A stretch of DNA of 64,000 nt from Eledone cirrhosa (Eukaryota), in assembly GCA_964016885.1 (NCBI GenBank), contig OZ024743.1:191518001-191582000 (forward strand), given 5' to 3'. Below are positions 1 to 13,149 of the stretch, in pieces. Within the stretch, counting starts at the first letter, position 1, and each line of letters begins with the position of its first letter. Position numbers and translations under genes: made by a program. The notes under the pieces are model-generated. The model was not told the origin of the DNA. It did no database searches and saw only the letters and a list, made by a program, of their open reading frames with translations.

Positions 1-1563
1 TGCAAAGCAATCTCTCCAACTTACTAACAGCTCTGCCATTTCCCACCAAATACAAGGGCTGGTTGAAACGTTTATAGGCTGGTGTATTATTACTTTCCAG
101 GGCCTATGTTGAAAAATAAATCTCATTGGGTCGTTCCATGAGAGTATCTTGGTTAGCCTATGAACTTTTCGGCCTACATTTTAGCCGACATTCATATCTG
201 TGTGTGTGTGTGGGGGGGGGGGGGGGGGGGGGTTATAACAAAACTATAGGTTTTTGTAAATGATTGCATATGATTTTATCTTAGTAACAGTAACATATTC
301 ATGAACAATTTATATGTCTTGTCATTTTAAGATCTTGCAATTGCGGTTAGAGTTTGCCTATTAAGTTGTTTTATGACTGAAACATGTTTGTAATAATCCC
401 CGTACTAATACGCAAGCCAACCCTACAATTTTAACCATAATTATTTGTTCTCAACGCTAAAGATATAGTTTTATTTAATTTCAGTTTCATAGTTTATTAC
501 ATAGAACCCGCTTTATTTTGTTGTTGTAGCGTTTCTGGGTATATTTGTATAGTCATTTCATGGGTGGATGCATGTGTGCTATTCCCTAGTTCTATCTCCC
601 TGTATTATTCTCTGTATCACTAATTCTTCTCAATGCGTTCCTGTTTCTTACAACATTTTGTACGTGAAATATAATCGTACATAGTTCGCTTTCTGTTCCT
701 CTTAGACATAAAGAGAAAGCGTGTATAAGTGATATATGGTCATTTATTCATTAGTCACTCTGTCCGTTGGTTCTTCTTACTTTATCTAGATTTATATCTA
801 TATCTCTTGCCTTCTCTCTTTCTCTCTAGTAGTTACCTCTTCTCTCTCTCTACCTCTCTATCTTTCAGTCCCTCTCATTCTCTTTCTTCCCGATTCATAT
901 CTTAGTGTTAAAAGTACTTAACTCTTTACCTCAATAGCTCTTCGTAAAACTTTTCAAATTGCAAAGCTCTGCTTCAACGCATTTAATATACTTATACCAG
1001 ATATGTCAGACGAGGAAAATGGGTGCTATTGCTTGCAATCATTTCAGCTAGAGATGGTCATTAAAAGAAATTGAATGATCTACAACTTTACTTGATTGTT
1101 CTAGAGTGCTGTTGTTTTCAATAGTTTAAATGCTACTCGGTTTCCTTTCTATATCATGTAGTAAAGTAGGACGTGCTAAATGGAAAATAATTAGTGGAAT
1201 TAAGATGCTGGAAACCCTTCGGACACATCAAGCAGCTTTAATGATATTTCGATTCGATATCAACAATGGTGAAGCATCAAGCAGTAACTTGAGAAAATAT
1301 GCATTGTTAAAATCTATAAAACTTTCTTTTAAAATGTTATTAGTACTTTCGTCTTATATGTTTATACGTGAACACAATAACACACGCGCACACACAAACA
1401 CACCGATACACACATCGATACACACACAGACACAGAGACATCCACATACACACGCAAACACATACACATATACACATAAAAGCACTCGTACACACACATG
1501 CCTACATGACTTATGTATGTATGTATATATATACATACATATATCTATCTATCTATCTATCTA

Positions 1564-1619
<56 letters not shown>

Positions 1620-1718
1620 TATATACAGGCACACACATATACATACATACAATCATACATACATATATACATAAATACATATATACATATAAACATATAC
1701 GAAGAAACAATATCCACA

Positions 1719-1882
<164 letters not shown>

Positions 1883-2107
1883 AAGGTACTACTATATGCT
1901 GGCGTATGTATCTGCTCACGCAAGCATAGACCACTATGGTATCATTTCCATACATTGTAAATCTATACATCAAAGACTTCCGTTTGGTTAATGAACATGA
2001 AACTGTAATGTGAATTTAATACTCTTATTATATTTATGTGTGTATATATAAGTACATGTATGTATATGCATGTATTCGTATATATAACTACATATATATG
2101 TATGTAC

Positions 2108-2146
<39 letters not shown>

Positions 2147-2160
2147 TATATGTGTGTATA

Positions 2161-2235
<75 letters not shown>

Positions 2236-2770
2236 ATATGCGCGTGTATGTGTGTGTGTGCGTGGTTGTTTGTGCGTCTGTTTGTCACTAGCTTTATGTA
2301 TGTGTGTATGCACATAATTGCTTATCTGTACATCTATATTGATGTATTTGTATCTGTATGTTCATAAAGAGAAAGGTTCTTTTATAACGAGTATGTATTT
2401 AGTACTTTCAATGATTTTGATGTTGAATAGTGAATATCAAGAAAATAAAGGATGAAGTTGTAGTTTCGTGTGTTCTTATTCCAGATCGAGTCTTCTCGAA
2501 GATAAATAAATACTTCGATCCGTTTAACCTGGCACTGCTGAATTTTACGCTACTTTAGATCACTAGGAAATATTATAATACAATTTCATATATTAGTGCA
2601 TTTCCAAATTTTGTACAGGAGGTATGCAGTTGATTTAATTGCCCTCTCAATGATATTTAAGATTAATTTACTCACTTCAACATTTGAGTAATTTAAGATT
2701 TTAACTGGAATCATGAAGGAGATCATTGTCCGGTAATTTTCCGCCTAGCCCACTTTCACAGAATTATATA

Positions 2771-2810
<40 letters not shown>

Positions 2811-2970
2811 AAATTTCAGGTTATCAATAATGTAGTGATAATATATCGTTACGTTAGAGATGAACAGCGTACGTGCAGGTTTGCTCAACGAGTATAAATT
2901 ATATTCCGGAGAAATGTAGAAAGGATGAATATAAAATGAAAGTGCTTTTGTTAAAAAAGGAATTTATTAG

Positions 2971-3090
2971 GTATTGACATATGTTTCTGTAACAGACCGA
3001 ATACCTATGTATCGCTGCTTGCGTAATCATATAATGTTAGCAAGTATTCGATAGCAAATGTATAATCAGTTGTCACTTCTTCAGAGATTT
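2971..3090 (-). ncRNA. Degenerate minimal hammerhead ribozyme motif
   Basis: Minus strand reads CTGAAGA-a-gtgac...gttac-a-GAAA-catatg-TC with palindromic stem III. Stem I pairs poorly. Confidence 0.45.
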
Positions 3091-3096
3091 TGGATA

Positions 3097-3197
<101 letters not shown>

Positions 3198-3265
3198 CTG
3201 TATATATGTATATATATATATAATATATATATAGGTATATATGTATATAAATATATATATGTATG

Positions 3266-3298
<33 letters not shown>

Positions 3299-3367
3299 AT
3301 ATATATATATATATATACATATATACATATATATATACATATACATACATATATATGTGTGTGTGTT

Positions 3368-3417
<50 letters not shown>

Positions 3418-3418
3418 A

Positions 3419-3918
3419 TATATTGAGTTAGAAACTCAAAATAGTCTCTTATAATTAAATAGCTCAAGGAAAGAGATTTTTCCGAGCCGTGTAATATAAT
3501 TGAATATAAAAGAGAGATAAACACAGATATATACATATATGTGTTCAAATCGTAAGGGACCAGATTCGCTGAAGAGTTTACTAATTTTACACCCACTGAT
3601 GACCAAATAATTGGTAATTCCCTTCGCTAAGATTGCAAAACAGCGATACCAAAAGCTGCCTGGGTGTCTGGCAGTTGCACCAATATGGGTTTGTATTTTT
3701 TTATTTATTATTTTAAACTGGGTCTGGCAAACCCTATTGTTCATAGTTCGTATTTTCTTCACCCTAGCGAATCTGGTCCCTTACAATTTGAACACATATA
3801 TTGATATATCTGTGTTTATCTCTCTTTTACATTCAATTATATTACACAGCTCGGAAAAATCTCTTTCCTTGAGCTATTTAATTATAAGAGACTATTTTGA
3901 GTTTCTAACTCAATATAT
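3419..3918. mobile_element. Inverted-repeat Penelope-type terminal remnant in (TA)n
   Basis: Arms of about 150 bp (3419-3570 and 3766-3918) are reverse complements. The spacer holds a hammerhead-like motif: acaccca-CTGATGA...cc-AAAA-gctgcc-tgggtgt (3589-3667). Confidence 0.65.
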
Positions 3919-3923
3919 ACCTT

Positions 3924-4000
<77 letters not shown>

Positions 4001-4005
4001 TATAT

Positions 4006-4275
4006 AAAGATGAAATCGAAAATGCAAATGGAGTCTTATTTAAAAAAATATATATATATTTATTTGGTTCCTTTACAGGTTTCGCAGTTCTTCTGCTTTT
4101 CAAAAGTAGAGTTGAGATGGAGGGTCTGTGTTTTTTCTCCCATGTGAGAAAAACCACAGACCCTCCATCTCAACTCTACTTTTGAAAAGCAGAAGAACTG
4201 AGAAACCGGTAAAGGAACCAAATAAACATATATATATTTAAATATGACTGCAGTTGCAATTTCGATTTCATCTTT
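4006..4275. repeat. Near-perfect long palindrome (Penelope-type end remnant)
   Basis: Arms of about 130 bp around a 6-nt loop near 4140-4145. Contains the 3' half of a hammerhead (GAAA-ccgg-TA) near 4202. Confidence 0.8.
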
Positions 4276-4339
4276 TTTCTTTATAGTTTCACTCGTGTAG
4301 GACACCTCGGTTATTTTTAATTTTGTAAAAAAACCTCAC

Positions 4340-4368
<29 letters not shown>

Positions 4369-4370
<2 letters not shown>

Positions 4371-5131
4371 GAATACACAAGAATCAAAGCTATGTCAGAA
4401 CATTTAATTGCTGACAATTGTTTCTTCCAAGCCTAGGCTTGGAGTCTTCGGAGCATTATTAATAATGTTTTTACATATAATCAGCCTCCTATTCTGCTGA
4501 AGAGTCATACAGATACATATTGTGGACAACAGTGTATTAAACAGTGTATTAAACAGTAGAAAATTCTCCCAGCTATACAAATGTAGTATACGGTACGGAC
4601 TAAATAACACTAAGTTACTTTACATTACAAGCCATTACTATAACAAACACTCAACACAAATACATCGTGACATATGTAATGCATGTGAAACCTGGAACTT
4701 TCTTATTCTACACACATACATATTCGATCTACACTGAAAATATCTCAGCATTGCAACCACCATAATATATCAACACACCTGCTTTATGTGCTTGTATTTT
4801 TATGCAACACTCAGCATTCATATATGCTTGATACTTTTGCCTGTTCAATTGCTTTATGCATGATTAACGCACGTAGTGTCTCTTTAATTTTATTTATGTA
4901 CTAGACGCTCTTGTGTTATCTGTCACAAGCTTTTAATTGTAATTTTGAATCTTACCCATCACACACTGTTGTCCACAATATGTATCTGTATGACTCTTCA
5001 GCAGAATAGGAGGCTGATTATATGTACAAACATTATTAATAATGCTCCGAAGACACCAAGCCTAGGCTTGGAAGAAACCATTGTCAGCAATTAAATGTTC
5101 TAACATAGCTTTGATACTTGTGTATTCTATA
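4369..5131. mobile_element. Inverted-repeat Penelope-type remnant with a hammerhead motif in each arm
   Basis: Arms of about 165 bp (4369-4534 and 4962-5131). Motif tgct-CCGAAGA-stem(ccaagcctaggcttgg)-GAAA-ca/cattg-TC-agca at 5043-5089 (+) and 4409-4455 (-). Confidence 0.7.
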
Positions 5132-5274
5132 TTACTGCTCTGTATAACAAATGATGTTCTTACATTGAGATATTTATCTTACTGGTAATAAGGTAGTAAC
5201 ACATTACTGACCTTGCCTGTTTATAGTTGTATATATTATAGTATATACATAACTATAAATAGTATCCTTAATAT

Positions 5275-5415
<141 letters not shown>

Positions 5416-5483
5416 TGGTAGCCATGGTGCTCCCGTAGGCGGTATGCCAAAATTAGCACTCGATATTCATCAGAGTAGAGTGT

Positions 5484-6200
5484 ATATATTATAAAGAAAA
5501 CGAAAAATCAGTGATGCATCTGGACTTAGTTTATTTCGTGTTACAAATGTTTCGCCGGCATGTAGCTTGAGTCATGGTCCTTGTATGGATCTGGCTGATT
5601 CTACTTCTGCGGGTTCTCTCAGACACGGGTGTTATGTTCGGAGCAAATTTTATCACTGGGGTGTTATCATCAAAACAACACCCTCAAGTAGTATATATAC
5701 TGCGATGTATGTATGTGGCCGTGCGGGTGTCTGCGCATGTAGACGTACAAGTGTGAATGCATAGATAGGTATATGTTTGAATATGTGTGTGTTAGTATGT
5801 GTTTATTCTAGTATGTGTGGGTGCTTACCCTGAAGTGTGAGCAGACGTGTGAAGTACTGAACCCAGCATGACTCCATTGAAAAGTGTCGGACGGAAAATG
5901 GTTGATGAACCGTGTGGCAGCAGATACTGACCAGAACTTGTGATGACGTGGAGTAAAAACAGCCAATGGCATGACAAGAGTTAAAAGAGGGTTTTTTGAG
6001 GGTGTTGTTTTGATGATAACACCCCAGTGATAAAATTTGCTCCGAATATAACACCCATATCTGAAAGAACCCGCAGAAGTAGAATCAGCCAGATCCATAC
6101 AAGGACCATGACTCAAGCTACATGCCGGCGAAACATTTGTAACACGAAATAAACTAAGTCCAGATGCATCACTGATTTTTCGTTTTCTTTATAATATATA
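5484..6200. mobile_element. Inverted-repeat Penelope-type remnant with hammerhead-like motifs
   Basis: Arms of about 200 bp (5484-5687 and 5996-6200) with TA-rich ends. Motif cgtgt-CTGAGAGA...GAAA-catttg-TA-acacg at 5537-5627 (-); second copy at 6056-6146 (+). Confidence 0.65.
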
Positions 6201-6235
6201 TATATATAAAGAGGAAAATGTTAGAGTCCTTTATT

Positions 6236-6408
6236 AATTGTTTCTACTTTTGGCACAAGGCCAGCAATTACCCCAGTGCATTACGGGTACTTTATTTTAT
6301 CGACTCCGTAAGGATGAAAGGCAAAGTTAACCTCGGCGGGATTTGAACTCAAACCATAAAGGGCCGTAACTCTTTGCTGCAAAGCATAGCGTCCGACCCT
6401 CTACCGAT
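6236..6408 (-). mobile_element. tRNA-derived SINE, family A
   Basis: B box GAGTTCAAATCCC, core ctttgcctttcatccttacggggtcgataaaataaagtacc (resembles the Meta/MESC SINE core), tail ggccttgtgccaaaagtagaaac. Confidence 0.85.
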
Positions 6409-6818
6409 AATGACGATAAAAATTGTGATCTCTTCTGACAGCAAAAATTTATCAAAAGGTAACATTTCTGAGGCAATTTTATGTGGAAGGGAGCGGAATG
6501 TGTTTTTACTTTGGTTGTCCGCCCCCTTCTGGTTTCACGTCATCCCAACAGCACTGCGCAGTCTCTGGGGTGTGGGTGGCTCACCACTTAACCTACACCC
6601 ATAATACTACCAACTTTATATGTTCTCTCTATCTACCACCAATTATATACATAGAATTGTGTTAGTTTTAGAGGAAAACGATAAGTATACGTAACATTCG
6701 GAAGAAAAAATTCCTTGTATCTATTTTGAAACAAGAAATGGGCCTCTCTGAATGAGTATAGGGCAACTGAGCTTCATATCGAAAAATTATTTTTTAGTCA
6801 CAATTTGAAGGAAATAGT

Positions 6819-7001
6819 CCAGCAATTTTGGGGGAACGGAAAGTCGATTAAATCGTTACTGGTACTTTATTTTATCGACCCCGTAAGGATGAAAGGCAAA
6901 GTTAACCCCGGTGGGATTTGAACTCAGACCGTAAAGGACTGTAACTCTATGCTGCAAAGCATAGTATCCCACTTTCTACCGATACTGCCAATCCACCGCC
7001 C
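6819..7001 (-). mobile_element. tRNA-derived SINE, family A
   Basis: Complete head ggcggtggattggcagtatcggtaga plus B box and core. Confidence 0.85.
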
Positions 7002-7509
7002 TTATTTGAAGGAAATAAGTACTTTACGAGTTGTCAATTAGCATAATAATTAAAAATTGCAAATATTGTTTCTTTCTGAAGATTTTAAAAAAATATTGAC
7101 ACATCACCTAGATGTGCCAACAACTTTGTGAACACTTTTTCTGAACAGTTTTTTAAAATAATGACCCATATAGTTTAGTGTTGTTACTACATTTACTTGC
7201 ATGTGGTATTGATTATATTTATTGTATCTAAAAACATGTTAATCATATTTATAAATCAGGTCACTTAGCTGAAATTTGCTCGGAAGTTTGGCTTCAGAGA
7301 GTTGGCTGAGGAGAATGGTCTGTGGTGAGTTGTTTTGACCAGGGTCCGATGACGCATTCCGTTTCTGAAGTGCAACTCCTTCCTCGACAATATGTCTAAG
7401 TTTCATAACTGATGGGAAATAGCGCTATACACATAATTGGTTTAGAACCGAGTAGGAAGCTCAGTTCATAAATGTCTTACAATTAACAGAACATTATTAA
7501 TTCAACAAC

Positions 7510-7700
7510 GGCTGTGGATTGGCAGTATCGGTAGAGAGTCGGACGCCATGCTTTGACGCAAAGAGTTATGGCCCTTTCCATTCTGAGTTCAAATCCCGCC
7601 GATGTTAACTTTGCCTTTCATCCTTACGGGGTCGATAATATAAAGTACCAGTAATACACTGGGTAATTGCTGGCCTTGTGCCAAAAGTAGAAACAATTAT
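7510..7700 (+). mobile_element. tRNA-derived SINE, family A
   Basis: A box tggattggcagtatcgg, B box gagttcaaatccc, core and tail. Confidence 0.85.
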
Positions 7701-7899
7701 TAACTCAACAACACAACTAATCTTACTAACTTACTTTTCATCTAAAATGTAATAATTCTAATAAAATAATATCTATTTTTCTCGATAAACCTAATCTTTC
7801 TCTGAATACTTTCTATAATAAGAGTCTCGGGTCCTATTTGCAAGGCACATGAGCAACCAGGGGATATATATATTGACTAAAATAAATATATATGTCCAG

Positions 7900-8122
7900 T
7901 TATTGTGATAAAAAGCAAAAATGTAAATTGTGTGAGATTACTGAAAATAAAAACCTAGTCACTGAGGAGGTCACATAATGTGTGACGAAAGAGCTTTGAC
8001 AATATATATACAATCATCCGGTTATCGAATCAACCAACCAACCGAAAATTTATAATAAACTGAAGTGAAAATCAACAGGTACGTGTGTTTTTATTGGCAT
8101 CATGACCCTCCCAAAGTATAAC
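7900..8122 (+). mobile_element. 3' end of a Penelope related to the 37.5-39.2 kb copy
   Basis: Colinear with the reverse complement of 37507-37700: hammerhead, (aacc)n, and the terminal catgaccctccc-aagtataac. Confidence 0.75.
7958..8000 (+). ncRNA. Minimal type I hammerhead ribozyme motif
   Basis: gtca-CTGAGGA-g-gtcaca(taatg)tgtgac-GAAA-gagc-TT-tgac. Confidence 0.75.
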
Positions 8123-8681
8123 AAAATAATTAAACTTGCTCTAAATAGGTATTACACATTGACACCCCCATCACAAAAAATGCAAAAACTAACTTATAAT
8201 TTTACAAACCTTATACTAAATTAACGTATGTCAATACAAACTAGATAGCATGCAGTGTCCCCATATTTCAGTCACCTTTTATTTGTTCTTTATATATTAT
8301 TACATTTGAACCTTCCTCCTTTTTTTATTACTTGTTTCCATGTCTATACAATTATTCACGTTAACCATCTCCAGCTTTCTTTTAAGTTCTTATTACGTGT
8401 ACGTACCACCAAAATTTGTTTCCAATTTTCCGTTTTCCATTTTTCCAATTATTTTACTTTCACATGTTTTCAACCTAAAATTGTCATTTTCTTGCCTTTA
8501 TTTTCTTTTACCATTCTTCAGTTCATTATATTCTCTCATATTCCAGTTTTAGCCTTCTTCTAAAACTAGTTCTATGCACTTGAATGCTATGGATTCAGTG
8601 AAGGTAATTTTACATATCTTATAAAGTTCAATTTCTCCATTCTCCACCTCTTTCCTAACCCTAAATAACTCATCTCACTTG

Positions 8682-8755
<74 letters not shown>

Positions 8756-8756
8756 T

Positions 8757-8796
<40 letters not shown>

Positions 8797-9877
8797 ATAT
8801 ACATATATACATATACATATATATATATGTAGGAGTGAGTTTTATTGTAGCACAATAAAGCAATGCAAATATCGGGTAAATAGCACTCTACGGTTTTAAT
8901 TTCTAACCTCTAATCTGTACTTTTTCTTCCGAACTACTTCTCAATTCTTATTCTTACTCACCACAACATATCCACTCTTCCATCTTTCTTCATATCATTG
9001 GCCATAAAAATTATTATTATCTTTTAAATACATTATAGTATTACCTTTAATAGTCCTTCGTAAACATAAACATTTTTTGACGTTAGATTTTTCTTCCTCA
9101 AGTTCCTTATCTCTTCCTTTCATGCTCGTTTGACTTTTACATATTACATATTACAATACATAAAAACAAACTTAAACCCTAACTAATTTCTTTTACTATA
9201 TTATATTATTACCATTAGAAAATATTTCGTAAACATATATATTTTGATGTTACATATTTTCTTCCTTAAACATTCTTTTCTTCTTTGCTTTCTGCGCTCA
9301 TTTTTAAACAAACTATTTACATATATTACGCACACATATGACATTACATAAAAACAAACTTAAAACACTAACTAATTCCTCTAAATTCATAACTCATCCA
9401 CTCTTCTACTTCTTTTCACATTATATCCTTAATAACATTAATATTTTTATTTTAATAATACATATTAACAATTTCTTTTCCTCGCACATATTATTAAACC
9501 CTTAAATATACCAATCTTAATTTAATATTATTCTTAACCCCTTTTTCTCTTCATCAACTTTTAATTTCAAATTCTTTTAAATTATCTATTATCTTCCAAC
9601 GGCTTTTTAACTTCTCTCTGTGAGACAATATATATTTTTCTCAGTTGTAAAGGCTATCTCTCTCTCTCTATCACCCATCTCTCCTCCTCTCTCATCCTTC
9701 CTTCTTATACTCCTCTATACATTCTTTACTCTCATCTCCTCCTCTTTCTTACCCTTTCTAAACCCCCCCCCCTCACTTTTTTCCCAATATCACACATCAA
9801 TCTTAAATTATTTTTCATATGTTGATTTAAAACTTCACTATTCACAAGTGTTTTTTAACCTTCATATCATGTATCCC

Positions 9878-9948
9878 TATTTTATCTGATGAAAACGCAG
9901 ATATCATCTCATGACGATATTTGTTTTTGAAATGCGCATAATAAAATA
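9878..9948 (+). ncRNA. Minimal type I hammerhead ribozyme, intact core
   Basis: 8-bp stem I tattttat/ataaaata, CTGATGA, stem II aaacgcagatatc/gatatttgtttt, GAAA, palindromic stem III tgcgca, TA at the cleavage site. Confidence 0.85.
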
Positions 9949-9996
9949 CTTGGAACGCTTTTAACCCTCTTTTGATCTTATATTATATATATTATA

Positions 9997-10091
9997 GGTT
10001 AACTTTGACTTTCATCCTTACGGGGTCGATAAAATAAAGTACCAGTAATGCACTGGGTAATTGCTGGCCTTGTGCCTAACGTAGAAACAAT

Positions 10092-10092
<1 letters not shown>
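9997..10092 (+). mobile_element. 5'-truncated SINE, family A
   Basis: Core and tail only, flanked by (TA)n. Confidence 0.8.
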
Positions 10093-10123
<31 letters not shown>

Positions 10124-10211
10124 TGTAAAAGGCAAACAGAAATAACAACACAATCGGTACAGTATATGGAAGGGATATATTAGGTTAACGCTTGATATAG
10201 CAGGAAGAGGG

Positions 10212-10247
10212 TCTTATCGTTTCGGACGCCAGTCCTTCATCAGAAGA
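10212..10247 (-). ncRNA. Very short hammerhead motif
   Basis: Minus strand tctt-CTGATGA-a-ggac(tggc)gtcc-GAAA-cga-T-aaga. The cleavage junction looks imperfect. Confidence 0.6.
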
Positions 10248-10496
10248 AAGAATGAGAAATAAGATAGATTGAGGAGACGAGCAGGATGGGATTGGAAAAA
10301 ATGTCTTTAGATAAAAATAACAGGTACATTCATGTTGACATCTCTTATACATACACACGCATATATATAAATATATATATATATATATAAAAATATAAAT
10401 ATATATATAAAATATATAATATATATATTATATATATATATTATATATATAATATATATATATTATATAATATATATATATAATATAAAGTTAACC

Positions 10497-10600
10497 CACC
10501 GAGGTTAACTTTGCCTTTCATCCTTACGGGGTCGATAAAATAAAGTACCAGTAATACACTGGGATAATTGCTGGCCTCGTGCCAAAAGTAGAAACAATTA
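10497..10600 (+). mobile_element. 5'-truncated SINE, family A
   Basis: Core and tail, embedded in (TA)n. Confidence 0.8.
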
Positions 10601-10631
10601 TATATATATTATATATATATATTATATATAT

Positions 10632-10744
<113 letters not shown>

Positions 10745-10750
10745 TATAAT

Positions 10751-10786
<36 letters not shown>

Positions 10787-10828
10787 GTAATAATAATAAA
10801 TCTGTTATTTTTATATATATATATATAT

Positions 10829-11897
10829 ATCAACTAGAAATAGATTGACATATATATATATAAAATAAATACATGAAACAATCACAGGGAATAATTTGTA
10901 AAGAATGTAGGCACACATAGCTAGGTAGGTAACTAATTAAAGTTTGACTAGAACTTCAAATATAGATACCTTTTAAAATGATTTATCTCCTTTGTATATA
11001 TTTCTTTAAGTAAAAAATATATTTCACCTATTAATCCGTAAATCACAGCAGTTAAATTCTTGGATGTTCACCAAAGGAGAAGAAAAATAACCATCTGCAA
11101 ATGCAAATCTGTGAATGATTCGAACCACGTGTTGCATTTTTTAAAAGATACACCCGTAGAGCAACGTCATCCCAGTGGCGTGAATAGGATCATCGACAGC
11201 CAGAAATAGCAGCCGAGCCTATTCAACTGTATTAGCTCAACAATCAAGGGGCCGTATATATATCCAAAATTAAAATTAAGGGTTGTCATGTCTGAGAGGC
11301 ATGCGCCATATCCACGGTAGAATAGCTCAAAGATTAGATCCGAGCATTACATATCAACTAGAAATAGATTGACATATATATATATAAAATAAATACATGA
11401 AACAATCACAGGGAATAATTTGTAAAGAATGTAGGCACACATAGCTAGGTAGGAAACTAATTAAAGTTTGACTAGAACTTCAATGATTAAAATGATTAAT
11501 CTCCTTTGTATATATTTCTTTAAGTAAGAAATATATTTCACCTATTAATCCGTAAATCCCTATTGTTAATTTAGCTGGCAATTTAACTGCTGTGATTTAC
11601 GGATTAATAGGTGAAATATATTTCTTACTTAAAGAAATATATACAAAGGAGATTGATCATTTTAAAAGGTATCTATATTTGAAGTTCTAGTCAAACTTTA
11701 ATTAGTTACCTACCTAGCTATGTGTGCCTACATTCTTTACAAATTATTCCCTGTGATTGTTTCATGTATTTATTTTATATATATATATGTCAATCTATTT
11801 CTAGTTGATATGTAATGCTCGGATCTAATCTTTGAGCTTATTCTACGGTGGATATGGTGCATGTCTCTCAGACATGACAACCCTTAATTTTAATTTT

Positions 11898-11901
<4 letters not shown>
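10829..11901. mobile_element. Direct plus inverted triplicated terminal segment (Penelope pseudo-LTR-like arrangement)
   Basis: The same 200-300 bp occurs at 10829-11058 (+), 11258-11558 (+) and 11580-11901 (-). The whole unit is flanked by (TA)n. Confidence 0.65.
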
Positions 11902-11950
<49 letters not shown>

Positions 11951-12241
11951 TATAGATCAATGCACAATAATATTAACCTTACTGTTCAATAATCGCTCAA
12001 TGAATAATTGTTGCGAAAAGAACAAAATGTCAGAGTGCACTCATAAATGATATTATTGAAGCAACATATTCAATATCCTGCATAGATGTAAAACAAGGCA
12101 TAAAAACAATGACAGTAATTAACTTACATGAGAATGGTAAAGCACAATTCTTAGAGCCTATACAGATTATACAGATCTGTTTAAAACCATGTGAAGCAAT
12201 AGCAATATACACTTAAATATATGTGAATGTATATATGTGCA

Positions 12242-12290
<49 letters not shown>

Positions 12291-13149
12291 AGGGTCGTAT
12301 TGTTATAATATTGCCATAAATAATAATAAAATACACTCACTGTTTGGTTTGGATTGGTTTTTGCTTCTGTATATTTTATATCCCTATTGTTAATTTAGCT
12401 GGCAATAAATTTGTATCATTAATTGACCAACGGTTAAAAATATAGATATAATTAGGCATATATAGTCTATCAAATTTCTTTCATCACTCTCCTGTAACAT
12501 CATCAGTGGTATTATTAAGTTTTCTCCAGTTGTATTGTAATGTCTACTCCATTACTATATATAGCTCATGTTTGTTGTATTTTGATATTGAATAAGGTGA
12601 GATAAGAATAATTATATTGTATCGTATCTCTGACACTGTGTGCATTAAGATCCCCTTTGAACGGTCTCTGGGACGAATGTTTTGCTGTTGAGAAGATTAA
12701 GAGCATATTGAAGTAAATTATATGATGGCCACAAATCCTCAGAAACCAGATGTTGAGGGCAATTATGCCCTGATTAAATTCATTATTTTAGTATAGTGGA
12801 TTGAATTTATTTTAATTTTAGGTAATTGAACTATTGTACTTTGTACTGTGTTTTTGTGGTGGGGGTGGGGTTCTTCTTGTATACAGTTACCTTACCACTC
12901 CTCCGCCATTGAGGAGCTGAAGGAATAGAAGGAACTGAAAAGTCCCAAAATACATCGAGAGAGAACATTCAGAAATGTTACCAAACTATAGAAGGGAGAC
13001 AGTAAACCTGACTTTGGTAGGCTCTGATCAATCTGGATCCGTCGAAAGCTTTCTATAAAGTTGACTATTAAATATTGTCTCCTGTTCTCAAGGCAGTAGG
13101 TTTTGGTCTCAATCTTAGAGGCTGAATCACTTCAATGCACAGTGGCACC

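Noticed and set aside
11285-11410. Hammerhead in the triplicated 10.8-11.9 kb unit
   Set aside because: CTGAGAG is present, but no consistent stem II, GAAA and NUH arrangement could be assigned.
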